This document shows positions 30,237-39,191 of a DNA stretch of 64,000 nt, piece by piece (position 1 is the first letter of the stretch; each line of letters starts with the position of its first letter). Below the pieces are notes generated by a model. That model had not been told where the DNA came from. It ran no database searches and worked only from the letters and a program-made list of their open reading frames with translations. Made by a program: the position numbers and the translations under genes. This DNA is from an uncultured Bacilli bacterium (GTDB lineage: Bacteria > Bacillota_I > Bacilli_A > RF39 > UBA660), in contig CAKPJX010000005.1 of NCBI GenBank assembly GCA_934163035.1, positions 1,465 through 65,464 of the forward strand, read 5' to 3'.

Positions 30237-31043
30237 ATGAAGAAAGTAAATAAGAGGAAAGGCAATAGATTAATATTAGTAATAATATTATTAAGCATTG
30301 CATTACTGGCTCTTATCTTTCTTCTTGTAAGGGGGATAAAAAATCTAATGCCCATTTACAAGAGTGAAGAAAGAACAGAAAATATCAAAAATTATAAAGT
30401 TACAGATGTTGATGCCGAAGTAGCAGCCTGGTTAAGAGTACAAGGAACAAATATTGACTATCCAGTAATTGATAATAATACTACTGTTGGAGTTAGCAGA
30501 ATAAAGCCAGATTTTACTTGGACACAAGGAGATATTAGTCCGCTACCAAATAAGTTATTCATATTAGGACATAATATAAAAAATGTATCTTCTAATCCTC
30601 TTATTACAGCAAAAGATCATACAAGATTTGAACAATTATTATCGTTCGTTTACTATGATTTCATAAAAGAAAATAAATATATTCAATATACAATAGATGG
30701 AACAGACTACTTATATAAAATATTCTCAGTTGCTTTTGTAGATGATTCTACACTAGACTATGAAAGTACCAATTATAGTAAAGAAGAAATGAAGAAATAC
30801 ATAAATCAATCAAAAAAAGATAGTTTCTTTGATTTTGATATAGATGTTAATGAAAATGATAAAATAATAAGCTTAATCACATGTACTAGATTCTTTGGAG
30901 CAACAAGAAAGTACGATTTTAAAATAGATGCTAGAATGGTAAGAAAAAAAGAAAGAGCCACTAACTATAGTGTTAAAAAGAACAAAAACTATAGTAAGAT
31001 AGAAAAAATAATGAGAGGTGAAAATGATGAACAAGAAGCATAA
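30237..31043 (+). CDS. srtB: Class B sortase-like transpeptidase (second copy)
   Basis: N-terminal TM, VAAWLRVQGTNIDYPVIDNN, FILGHNIKN (His), LITCTRF (Cys), IDARMVRK (Arg). Confidence 0.75.
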   Translation: MKKVNKRKGNRLILVIILLSIALLALIFLLVRGIKNLMPIYKSEERTENIKNYKVTDVDAEVAAWLRVQGTNIDYPVIDNNTTVGVSRIKPDFTWTQGDISPLPNKLFILGHNIKNVSSNPLITAKDHTRFEQLLSFVYYDFIKENKYIQYTIDGTDYLYKIFSVAFVDDSTLDYESTNYSKEEMKKYINQSKKDSFFDFDIDVNENDKIISLITCTRFFGATRKYDFKIDARMVRKKERATNYSVKKNKNYSKIEKIMRGENDEQEA

Positions 31044-33834
31044 GTTAAAAAGAATAAAATGGGGTGCACTTATAACTGTTAGTTGTTTAATTGGTGTTAT
31101 TCTTCTAAATACGAGTGCCAAAAGTTTAAGTAACTCAAAAGCAAAAGTAAAGAAACTGACTGAAACAAAAGCATCATGTAAAGTATATGAGAATTCTGAT
31201 TTTAATTCAAAAATCACAATATCTAAGCCAGAAAATGAAAGAAAAGTAAAAGTAGATGTTTCCATCAAGAAAAATATTGATGCCAATTTTTGGATATTCA
31301 TATCTGAAGGAGAAGATATGGGTGGACAAATTACCTTTAAAACAGAGGGCGAATTTAAAGGAAAAGATGGCTATCATGGAGATTATGACATCGAATTTCC
31401 TATAGTTGAATCCCACGTGGTAATAGTATATAAAGATGGTATAGCAGGTGCATGTGGAGAAACAGACAAAACAACAGCTAAGAATATTGCTACCGATTAT
31501 ATTAAAAATAAAAAATTTTCTGACAGTATGAAAACTACTATTAGTAATCAAGCTATTATCGCAAAAGGTGCATATCAAATAGTTGAAATGTCAGATGATG
31601 AACCAATTGAAGAGGATGATAGTGGTAACACTGAGGAAGAGGATAAAATAGCAAAAGAAATAGAAGGTATGACTTCTGAAAACGGTTCAATAGCAGGAAA
31701 TAGTGGAGGGGCAAGATTAGCCGATGATCCTAAAAACTTACCAGACGGCGATTTATTTTGCAGTTTGAATACTCCATATAAAGAAGGAATAACTAAAGGA
31801 GATGCCTATTATACAAATAATAAGTCATATTACCATAGTGAAACAACGGAAAAGAACTATTGTAAAAAAACCTGTGAAGAAACAATAACTATAAAATATG
31901 GGCCACCTGTCGCAACTAAGGCTGGAATGTGTTTTGAGTATAAAGTAAAAGTTGAAAGCAAGGTTTCTTGTAAGACTAAATGGTTAGGTGATGATGCTGG
32001 TCTTAAACCTAGAAAGAAAAAACTTTGTACTATTTATCCATCTTGTAACGGCAGTTCTACCTATGGTGATCAGGCTGGTCCTGATACTGATTTTGATAGC
32101 TGTGTTAATAAATGTGATAATGGCAAATATAGTCAGAAGTGTATTAATAAGTGTTACAAAGAAGTATATGAAAATGTAGACAATAAAAAAATATCTTATG
32201 ATAATAGCACAAATGATAATACAAGTGGCAGTCTATTAGCGACTAGAACAGCACTTTCAGATTTAGGTATAGATTTAAGTACCAAATTCTGCCAATCAGG
32301 TGCAAATGATCCAACTTATTATAAAAGCAACTATGATCAGTTAATGACAGCAATGAGAGATAAAAATAATGGTTGTGAATATAAAGAGGCAAAAGATGAA
32401 ACTATTTATTGGTCATGTTCAAGTGCTCACAGCTCAACAAATAATAGTAAGTATTGGCAAGCCTTAGGAAGATACTACTTCTTAACTGACAATAAAGCTA
32501 AGCAAACTCTACAATCAATTTCTACTAGCTGTAAAGGAGAACCACGTGGTACATACTATAGATATTACATTGATGCTGATGGCTTTAAACGTGCACTATT
32601 TAACAATGGCACCCATTGTACACAAGCGTGTTCATGGAAAAAATCAAGCAAGTCGCCTAGTGACTGTGTAGTTAGTAAAAGTAAAAGAGACAAAGAGTAT
32701 AAAGAAGCTTTGGAAACATATAAAAATTTGAAAGCAGCATGTAAGGCAGAAGCTTCATGTTCAACTACAGTAGCAAAATTTACTATAAGTGCAACAAATA
32801 AAGTGGCTAAAAATTATAAAGATGGAAAAGTTAGTGAAACAGGTGATATAACCTCCGCTTTTAATGCTAATGCACAAGGAAAAAGTATAATACATATTAC
32901 TAACGGTAATCCAATAATTGATAGCGGTGGTTGTTATGGATCATCAAGCGGAGGTTATGACTATATGACAGAATGGGCGTTCCCAGGAAGTTGGCGAAAT
33001 AACAAAAACGGTACGATATCGCAAACTAAGCCAACCGATACTAAGGGTTGGTCAAAAAGAGAAAAATATTATTGTACTTCACTTGATTCTGTAGGAGTAA
33101 ACTCTAATTGGTGGAATTGGGCTCAGTATACAAAACTAAAAGACAAGACTAATTATGAAAATTCAAGTATCAAATATAATGGTTCATCAGACAGTATTAA
33201 TTATAATATTACTGCGGAAACAAATAATTTTGGACACTTTGGATGGAATGTCACAATGAAATGCTTTTATGCAACCCCATCTGATGAAACTACAACTCCA
33301 CCATCAGAGTGTGAAGGAGAAGACGGATGTGGCACAAAAGATGAAACACCTAAGTTTGAATATGAGGCAAGAAGTGTTGATACAAAGGAAATGTTCCCAG
33401 AAGAGAGTAGAGGTAGTGGCGACGAGCAAATAATAGGATTTAACTGGACAGAAAAAGCCAATGAAAATCTTGAAGTTGATACTAGCAAAGAAGTAACAAT
33501 TGATGGAGAAAAGAAGACCCCTATTTCATATGAGATAAAGCCAGAAGCACTAAAGGAAAATATTAAAAAGCAAGCTGAGGACGGTAAAACATACAGTGAT
33601 GATAATCTAGAGTATTATGTTCAATTGAATAGAAAAGCCTTAAAAGAATTAAAGGGAATGACAATAGGAAAATTTAATGGAACATTTGAACCATATGCTG
33701 TTGGAAAAGAAGGTGTAAAACTATATACTATTCAGCGATACAAAACTAATTTGATAGACAATTATGGTGGAACTAGAAGAAGAACCAAATTATGTAATAA
33801 TTGGGATAATGATAGTTGTAGAAAATATAGCTAA
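31024..33834 (+). CDS. Large secreted Cys-rich protein, function unknown
   Basis: Signal peptide ...WGALITVSCLIGVILLNTSAKS. About 30 Cys, often as CxxxC/CxxxxxC pairs. No sorting signal. The start may be GTG 31018 or ATG 31024. Confidence 0.65.
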   Translation: MMNKKHKLKRIKWGALITVSCLIGVILLNTSAKSLSNSKAKVKKLTETKASCKVYENSDFNSKITISKPENERKVKVDVSIKKNIDANFWIFISEGEDMGGQITFKTEGEFKGKDGYHGDYDIEFPIVESHVVIVYKDGIAGACGETDKTTAKNIATDYIKNKKFSDSMKTTISNQAIIAKGAYQIVEMSDDEPIEEDDSGNTEEEDKIAKEIEGMTSENGSIAGNSGGARLADDPKNLPDGDLFCSLNTPYKEGITKGDAYYTNNKSYYHSETTEKNYCKKTCEETITIKYGPPVATKAGMCFEYKVKVESKVSCKTKWLGDDAGLKPRKKKLCTIYPSCNGSSTYGDQAGPDTDFDSCVNKCDNGKYSQKCINKCYKEVYENVDNKKISYDNSTNDNTSGSLLATRTALSDLGIDLSTKFCQSGANDPTYYKSNYDQLMTAMRDKNNGCEYKEAKDETIYWSCSSAHSSTNNSKYWQALGRYYFLTDNKAKQTLQSISTSCKGEPRGTYYRYYIDADGFKRALFNNGTHCTQACSWKKSSKSPSDCVVSKSKRDKEYKEALETYKNLKAACKAEASCSTTVAKFTISATNKVAKNYKDGKVSETGDITSAFNANAQGKSIIHITNGNPIIDSGGCYGSSSGGYDYMTEWAFPGSWRNNKNGTISQTKPTDTKGWSKREKYYCTSLDSVGVNSNWWNWAQYTKLKDKTNYENSSIKYNGSSDSINYNITAETNNFGHFGWNVTMKCFYATPSDETTTPPSECEGEDGCGTKDETPKFEYEARSVDTKEMFPEESRGSGDEQIIGFNWTEKANENLEVDTSKEVTIDGEKKTPISYEIKPEALKENIKKQAEDGKTYSDDNLEYYVQLNRKALKELKGMTIGKFNGTFEPYAVGKEGVKLYTIQRYKTNLIDNYGGTRRRTKLCNNWDNDSCRKYS

Positions 33835-33847
33835 AGGAGGTTTATAA

Positions 33848-34285
33848 ATGAATAAAGGTATATTAACAGTAGGAATAATTATTATGGCTATCACCGGGCT
33901 TGTAATGTTTAATATCATTACAAGCTGGTCACGTGGTGATGAATTAGATTATTATTTAGTTAAAGAAACAGCAGAAGCAGCCATGGAAGATGCTGTTGAC
34001 ACAACATTTTATAGGGATTCAGGACAAATTAGAATGGATTCAGAAAAGTTTGTAGAAAGCTTCCTTATACGTTTTGCTAAAGGTGTAGATAATACAAGAA
34101 ATTATGATATTAGATTTTATGATTTGAATGAGGTTCCACCTAAAGTTAGTGTAAAGGTTGACTCTGTAAACTCCTTAAGATATGACACGAATGAAACAGT
34201 ACAAATAAGTACAACCTATGATGGCATTATTGAGTCAACTAATAAACATGACCAATATGTAATCAATAGTAATAAGGAATTTTGA
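33848..34285 (+). CDS. Small protein with a prepilin-like N-terminus (MNKG + hydrophobic helix), candidate minor pilin or TadE/F-like
   Basis: MNKGILTVGIIIMAITGLVMFNII. Lies immediately upstream of the cpaB-like gene. RBS AAGGAGG. Confidence 0.4.
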   Translation: MNKGILTVGIIIMAITGLVMFNIITSWSRGDELDYYLVKETAEAAMEDAVDTTFYRDSGQIRMDSEKFVESFLIRFAKGVDNTRNYDIRFYDLNEVPPKVSVKVDSVNSLRYDTNETVQISTTYDGIIESTNKHDQYVINSNKEF

Positions 34286-34316
34286 TAATAGTAATTAATG
34301 AAAGTGAGGAATTAAA

Positions 34317-35123
34317 ATGGGGAATTTAGCAATGGGCATAAGAAAATTCTTTCAAAATAAGAATACTGTAACAGTAGTTGGTGTCGTAGTGGCTATTCTT
34401 GTATTATATATTGGCTATAATATAAGAGTAAAAAGAGCCATTAACCCAGTTACGGTTCCATATGCCAAGGAAGACATTAAGGGTGGTTCACAAATAACAT
34501 CCGATGCAATTGGAACAGTTGAGGTTCCACCTTCAATGTTAAAAGGAGATGTTCTTCTAAATCAAGGTGACATCATTGATAAATATGTAAGACCGGATGG
34601 TCTTATACCAGCTGGTAGTTTATTCTACAAGAAAGTTGTAGTTCCTGAAGAACAACTTCCAGCCAATATAATCTTGAAATATCCAGATGGCTATGTTTTA
34701 TATAATATGGCAGTTGATACTAGCACAACATATGGTAACTCAATATATCCAGAAAACTATATTGATATATATTTAAAAGCTGTTAACAGATTATCAGAGG
34801 GAGAGGCAGTAACACCAGATGCTGATAAGATTATGTTAGGAAAATTAGTTGAAAATGTAAAAGTATTAGCAGTAAAAGATGCTAGTGGACAACCAGTTTT
34901 TGCCAATCTTGATGAGCAAAGAACACCAGCAATGATAATCTTTGCAGTACCACAGGATTATTATATATTACTAAAGAAAGCTGAATATTTAAGAAGTTAT
35001 GATTCTACTTTAATACCAGTACCAACAAATGAGAGTACTAAAGAAGAGCAAGGTAAAATAACAATTTCAAGTGAAGCTTTAAAAGATTGGATTAATAAGG
35101 TTACAGTTTGGACAGATCAATAG
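34317..35123 (+). CDS. cpaB: Flp pilus assembly protein CpaB/RcpC-like (SAF domain)
   Basis: N-terminal TM. VTVPYAKEDIKGGSQITSDAIGTVEVPPSML is SAF-like. Also NMAVDTSTTYGNSIYPENYIDIYL and NVKVLAV...AMIIFAVPQDYYILLKKAE, which match the CpaB pattern. Confidence 0.6.
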   Translation: MGNLAMGIRKFFQNKNTVTVVGVVVAILVLYIGYNIRVKRAINPVTVPYAKEDIKGGSQITSDAIGTVEVPPSMLKGDVLLNQGDIIDKYVRPDGLIPAGSLFYKKVVVPEEQLPANIILKYPDGYVLYNMAVDTSTTYGNSIYPENYIDIYLKAVNRLSEGEAVTPDADKIMLGKLVENVKVLAVKDASGQPVFANLDEQRTPAMIIFAVPQDYYILLKKAEYLRSYDSTLIPVPTNESTKEEQGKITISSEALKDWINKVTVWTDQ

Positions 35124-35159
35124 AATTAAGAATAAAAGAATAATAGGGATGTGTGATAG

Positions 35160-36698
35160 ATGAATGAGAATATTTTTGACAAATTAGATTTTGGACCATT
35201 AAGAACACTATTAGATGATGATGACATCACAGATATTTCCTTCGATAATGGAGGACAAGTCTGGATTCGTTCACTATCACAAGGATCTATGAGAGTTGAG
35301 GTTCAGGGCTTAACCACTGAGTTCATTGAAAAATTAGCATTTCAATGTTCAAATGTTATGGGTACAACATTTAATAATGCTAAGCCTTTTCTAGATGCTG
35401 AATCATCAGAGTTAAGACTTAACTTTGTTCACTCTTCAATAGCAACTAATGGTATAGCCATGGTTATTCGTAAAACGCCAGCAAAAATAAGGCTAGAAAA
35501 AGATAAACTTTTAAAAGAAGAGTATTTTACACAAGATATTCATGACATTCTTATTAAATGTGTTGAAGGACATTGTAACATCATAGTAGCAGGAGAAACC
35601 GGTTCTGGTAAAACTGAGTTTGTAAAATATCTTGCTAGTCATACAAAAACAGAAGAAAAAATTATTACCATTGAGGATACATTGGAGTTGCACTTAGATA
35701 AAATATTTCCACAGCGAGATATTGTTGCTATGAAAACTAATAATGTAGCTAGCTATACAGACGTACTAGTAACTTGTATGAGACAGAATCCAAAATGGAT
35801 TCTACTATCAGAGGTTCGTAGTGCAGAAGCCGTAACAGCTGTTCGTAACTCTATATCTTCTGGACATAATATATTATCAACTATTCATGCTGACAAAGCA
35901 TCAGCTATTCCTTACCGTTTATATAGTTTGATGGAAACTGACTTAGACGTTAATCAGTTTCTTAATACAATATATAGATATGTTCAAATAGGTGTTCACA
36001 TAAGGGCATATTATAGTAAAAAATACCAAAAATTCCATCGTGAAGTTGATGAAGTTGTTGAGTTCTACGTAGATGAAAATAATAAACCACAAAGTAGAAT
36101 ATTATATCAAAAATTATTTGGAAAAGATCCAATACTAAGAAAACCAAGTGCACATCTTATTGAGTACTTAGAAAATCAAAATATTGATATTATGGCAATT
36201 ACATCAAAAATGAAAGAGGACGTTGAGGAGGCTGCAGATGAAGAAGTACAGCAAGAAGTTGCTCAAGTTACAACACAGATATCACAACCACAACAGCCAG
36301 CACCTATTCCTAATATGGGTAACACCACAAATGTAAATCAGCCACAAATAGCACCACTTAATAATACTCCGGTTATCCAACCTCTTTCTCCAACAATGGA
36401 TAATATTATTAATAATACCCCTGTTAATAATATAGCAGTCCCATTAAATCAAGCAATGAGTATTCCACAGGCACAAGTGATACCAAATGCCAATAATATT
36501 CAAATTCAAAAGCAAATACCATCTAATGCCGTAGTAGTTCCATCACCAGTAGAAAATGTTACTCAACAAATTCCTATTACTAACAACCAAGTTATTCCTT
36601 CATCAGGTGTAATACCATTACCAAGTCTTTCAACACAAGAAATACCGGAAAGAACTATTACTCAACAGGTTCCATTAAATGCAGGGCAAACAGGGTAG
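35160..36698 (+). CDS. tadA: TadA/CpaF-type secretion ATPase (T2SS-E/VirB11 superfamily) with a Q/P/N-rich C-terminal extension
   Basis: Walker A GETGSGKTE, ITIEDTLEL, Walker B ILLSEVR, His box STIHA, then about 155 low-complexity residues. Confidence 0.85.
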   Translation: MNENIFDKLDFGPLRTLLDDDDITDISFDNGGQVWIRSLSQGSMRVEVQGLTTEFIEKLAFQCSNVMGTTFNNAKPFLDAESSELRLNFVHSSIATNGIAMVIRKTPAKIRLEKDKLLKEEYFTQDIHDILIKCVEGHCNIIVAGETGSGKTEFVKYLASHTKTEEKIITIEDTLELHLDKIFPQRDIVAMKTNNVASYTDVLVTCMRQNPKWILLSEVRSAEAVTAVRNSISSGHNILSTIHADKASAIPYRLYSLMETDLDVNQFLNTIYRYVQIGVHIRAYYSKKYQKFHREVDEVVEFYVDENNKPQSRILYQKLFGKDPILRKPSAHLIEYLENQNIDIMAITSKMKEDVEEAADEEVQQEVAQVTTQISQPQQPAPIPNMGNTTNVNQPQIAPLNNTPVIQPLSPTMDNIINNTPVNNIAVPLNQAMSIPQAQVIPNANNIQIQKQIPSNAVVVPSPVENVTQQIPITNNQVIPSSGVIPLPSLSTQEIPERTITQQVPLNAGQTG

Positions 36699-36711
36699 AA
36701 AGGAGTAAAAC

Positions 36712-37614
36712 ATGTATATAGAAGAGTTATTTATAATTGCAGTCATCTTTATATTTATAGCAATGTATAGAAATTATAAAGGTCAAAATGTGGGAAAATT
36801 CATAACTACTCAAGTACAAGTCTTATATAATAAATTTGCTCCATATTCATTTAAGTTGGTCAGAGAAAAAACAAAAGAATTAGGACAAGAATATACATTA
36901 AGACAATATACAGTTCAAGTCGTTGGTATGTCGACTTTTGCGGGAGTAGTAAGTTATTTATATTTTTATAATTTAATAATATGTGCAATATATATTATAG
37001 CTGTAATTATGTTTATACCATATTTATCATTTTTAAGATGTAAAAGAATTTATAGTGAGTTCATATTTGAACAAGTCCAAGTATATACATCCAATGTTAT
37101 TATGGAATTTGCGACAACCCAATCATTCGTTAAATCTCTTGAAGGAGTAAGGAACTCTGGTGTATTAGAAGATCCAGTTAAAAGAGATGTGGATCACATG
37201 ATAGAATTAGCTTATCAAAATGGAAGTATTGATGAATCATTAGCCTATATGAGTAACCTTTATCCATATTATATTGTAAAGAATATGCATCAATTATTCT
37301 TACAAATTACTAAGGAAGGTGCCAGAAACTCTGCCGATTCACTAGAAAACATGCAACTAGACATCGATATGCTTGTTGAAAATGTATACCGAGATAGAAT
37401 AGAAAGAGCAACTTTCCATAAATCATTTATTCAATTTGGTCTGATGCTGTATTTGATGGTTATGTTAGTTCAATATTTATTAGGTAGAGAAACATATTTA
37501 ATCTTATTAGATAGATGGTATATACAAGTACTACTCCATGGTGTTTTAATAATTAATTCATATTTCCTTCTAAAAGGAGAAAAATATTATAATGAGAATG
37601 TAGGTGCGGAATAA
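36712..37614 (+). CDS. tadB: TadB-like platform protein (T2SS-F family)
   Basis: N-terminal TMs, a cytoplasmic helical domain, C-terminal TMs. Follows tadA. RBS AAGGAG. Confidence 0.55.
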   Translation: MYIEELFIIAVIFIFIAMYRNYKGQNVGKFITTQVQVLYNKFAPYSFKLVREKTKELGQEYTLRQYTVQVVGMSTFAGVVSYLYFYNLIICAIYIIAVIMFIPYLSFLRCKRIYSEFIFEQVQVYTSNVIMEFATTQSFVKSLEGVRNSGVLEDPVKRDVDHMIELAYQNGSIDESLAYMSNLYPYYIVKNMHQLFLQITKEGARNSADSLENMQLDIDMLVENVYRDRIERATFHKSFIQFGLMLYLMVMLVQYLLGRETYLILLDRWYIQVLLHGVLIINSYFLLKGEKYYNENVGAE

Positions 37615-38423
37615 TGGAAGTATTAATTGTTGGAGCTCTTTTCATGTGGATACTAATCTATAACAATACAATAGACAAAAGAAAATTTATGATTGATAAT
37701 CAAAAATATTTTGAAGCATTTAAAGAGGATGATTATGATTTTCTTGTTTATGCAAGGTATGGTGAGGATGTAGATGTAAATATACTATATTCAAGAAGAG
37801 TATTATACTCATTAATAGCCTTTATAATGGTATTAATGTTTACTCTAACCAGTGGAGATACTGCTAGTTTGTTTGATTCTCAGTTTTTTATAAACTTAGT
37901 TTTAGCTCTTGTAGTAGGAGTACTTGTATTTAAGTCATCATATATGCAATTAAAGAGATACTATAAAGTACATTTACATGAAATTGACGTTATGCTGCCA
38001 TATTTTTTAAAGAGTTTGGAAATCTTAATACAGCATTATACCGTTCCAGTTGCAATAGGTAAATCAATAGATGATGCTCCAGATATATTCAAACCAGGTT
38101 TAAGACACCTTGTAGAAAGAATAAATTCAGGTGATTCAACAATTGATCCATATATGGAGTTTGCTAATACTTACCCAGTTAGAGATTCAATGAGAATGAT
38201 GAGATTGCTTTATCGTTTGGGAATTGGTTCACAAGAGGGAAAACAAGAACGTTTGATGATGTTTTCAAGAACTGTTTCAAATTTACAAAATAAGGCACGT
38301 GAAACAAAATATAAAGAAAGACTTAATCACATGGAAAATCAGACTATGGTTATGCTAGTTGTAACTGGTGTTGGTGTTATGCTAGTTATTTTAATTTCCA
38401 TGATGATGATGTTTAGTATGTAA
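37614..38423 (+). CDS. tadC: TadC-like platform protein (T2SS-F family)
   Basis: Same topology as the previous ORF. Start overlaps the upstream stop (TAATG). Confidence 0.55.
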   Translation: MEVLIVGALFMWILIYNNTIDKRKFMIDNQKYFEAFKEDDYDFLVYARYGEDVDVNILYSRRVLYSLIAFIMVLMFTLTSGDTASLFDSQFFINLVLALVVGVLVFKSSYMQLKRYYKVHLHEIDVMLPYFLKSLEILIQHYTVPVAIGKSIDDAPDIFKPGLRHLVERINSGDSTIDPYMEFANTYPVRDSMRMMRLLYRLGIGSQEGKQERLMMFSRTVSNLQNKARETKYKERLNHMENQTMVMLVVTGVGVMLVILISMMMMFSM

Positions 38424-38437
38424 AATGAAATAAAATA

Positions 38438-38466
38438 TTGTTATTTGCTAAATAATTTGTTATACT
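38438..38466 (+). promoter_or_regulatory. Internal sigma-A type promoter candidate in front of the small pilin-like ORF
   Basis: TTGTTA, 17 nt spacer, TATACT with TGT just upstream. Confidence 0.5.
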
Positions 38467-38499
38467 AATGGTATAAAGATATGAAAGGAGATGTATTAA

Positions 38500-38667
38500 A
38501 TGAAAGCAGCAACTGGTGAATTAAACCTAACTGTTATTACATTAATTGCTATAGCAGCAGTAATTGGTTTCTTCTGGATTTTATGGCCAGGTATTAAAGA
38601 TAGTTTAAATAATCAGTGGGATAACATTTCTAGTAGCCATGAATTAATTATTCTAGATAGAAAATAG
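38500..38667 (+). CDS. 55-aa pilin-like ORF (Flp/Tad-type major pilin candidate), absent from the supplied ORF track
   Basis: AAAGGAG 9 nt before the ATG. Translation is MKAATGELNLTVITLIAIAAVIGFFWILWPGIKDSLNNQWDNISSSHELIILDRK: a short charged leader ending in Gly, followed by a hydrophobic helix of about 20 aa. Confidence 0.55.
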   Translation: MKAATGELNLTVITLIAIAAVIGFFWILWPGIKDSLNNQWDNISSSHELIILDRK

Positions 38668-38685
38668 TTAAAGAGGTGATTTTAT

Positions 38686-39153
38686 ATGCGTGATGCTCTA
38701 GGCGGATTAGTTAACATAGCAATAATTGTCGTATTTTTAGTTATAGTTAGTGGATATTTAGCATTTAATGTTAATTATACTAAGGCATTTCGTGTTAAAA
38801 ATAAAATAATCTCCACAATAGAAAATATGGAGGGGCTTCAAGATTTCAATGATCCTACAAAATCACAAGTAAAAGCATTTGAAAATTCAATCGGCTATGA
38901 TGTAAGTATACCAAAAAGTGCTAGTCTGCCAACTGTTCCTATAGGGGAAAGCAAATGGCAAGAACACAAAGAGTATGGCTGTTATATAAGGGAAGTAACT
39001 GATGAAACAGGTGCAAGCGATGCAACCCAAAAAAAGTATTATGAAGTAATAACTTTTGTTACAGTTGATATTCCAATAATAAAAAAAATTATGCCCCAAT
39101 TTCCATTTTTCCAAGTAAAGGGAGCAACTAAATCAATTAAGGTATATAATTAA
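38686..39153 (+). CDS. TadE/pseudopilin-like protein (tentative)
   Basis: MRDALGGLVNIAIIVVFLVIVSGYLAF N-terminus, meaning a leader ending in Gly plus a hydrophobic helix. Lies next to the pilin-like ORF. Confidence 0.4.
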   Translation: MRDALGGLVNIAIIVVFLVIVSGYLAFNVNYTKAFRVKNKIISTIENMEGLQDFNDPTKSQVKAFENSIGYDVSIPKSASLPTVPIGESKWQEHKEYGCYIREVTDETGASDATQKKYYEVITFVTVDIPIIKKIMPQFPFFQVKGATKSIKVYN

Positions 39154-39191
39154 AAGGGGACAGGTTAATATTTCAAGATGAGGGTGATATA

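Noticed and set aside
35160-36698. The alternative reading of the ATPase as the VirB11 component of the adjacent T4SS.
   Set aside because: It is followed immediately by two T2SS-F-like platform genes and a pilin-like ORF, and it is preceded by a CpaB-like gene. That is the Tad context. Gram-positive T4SSs generally lack VirB11. Phylogeny would be needed to settle it.
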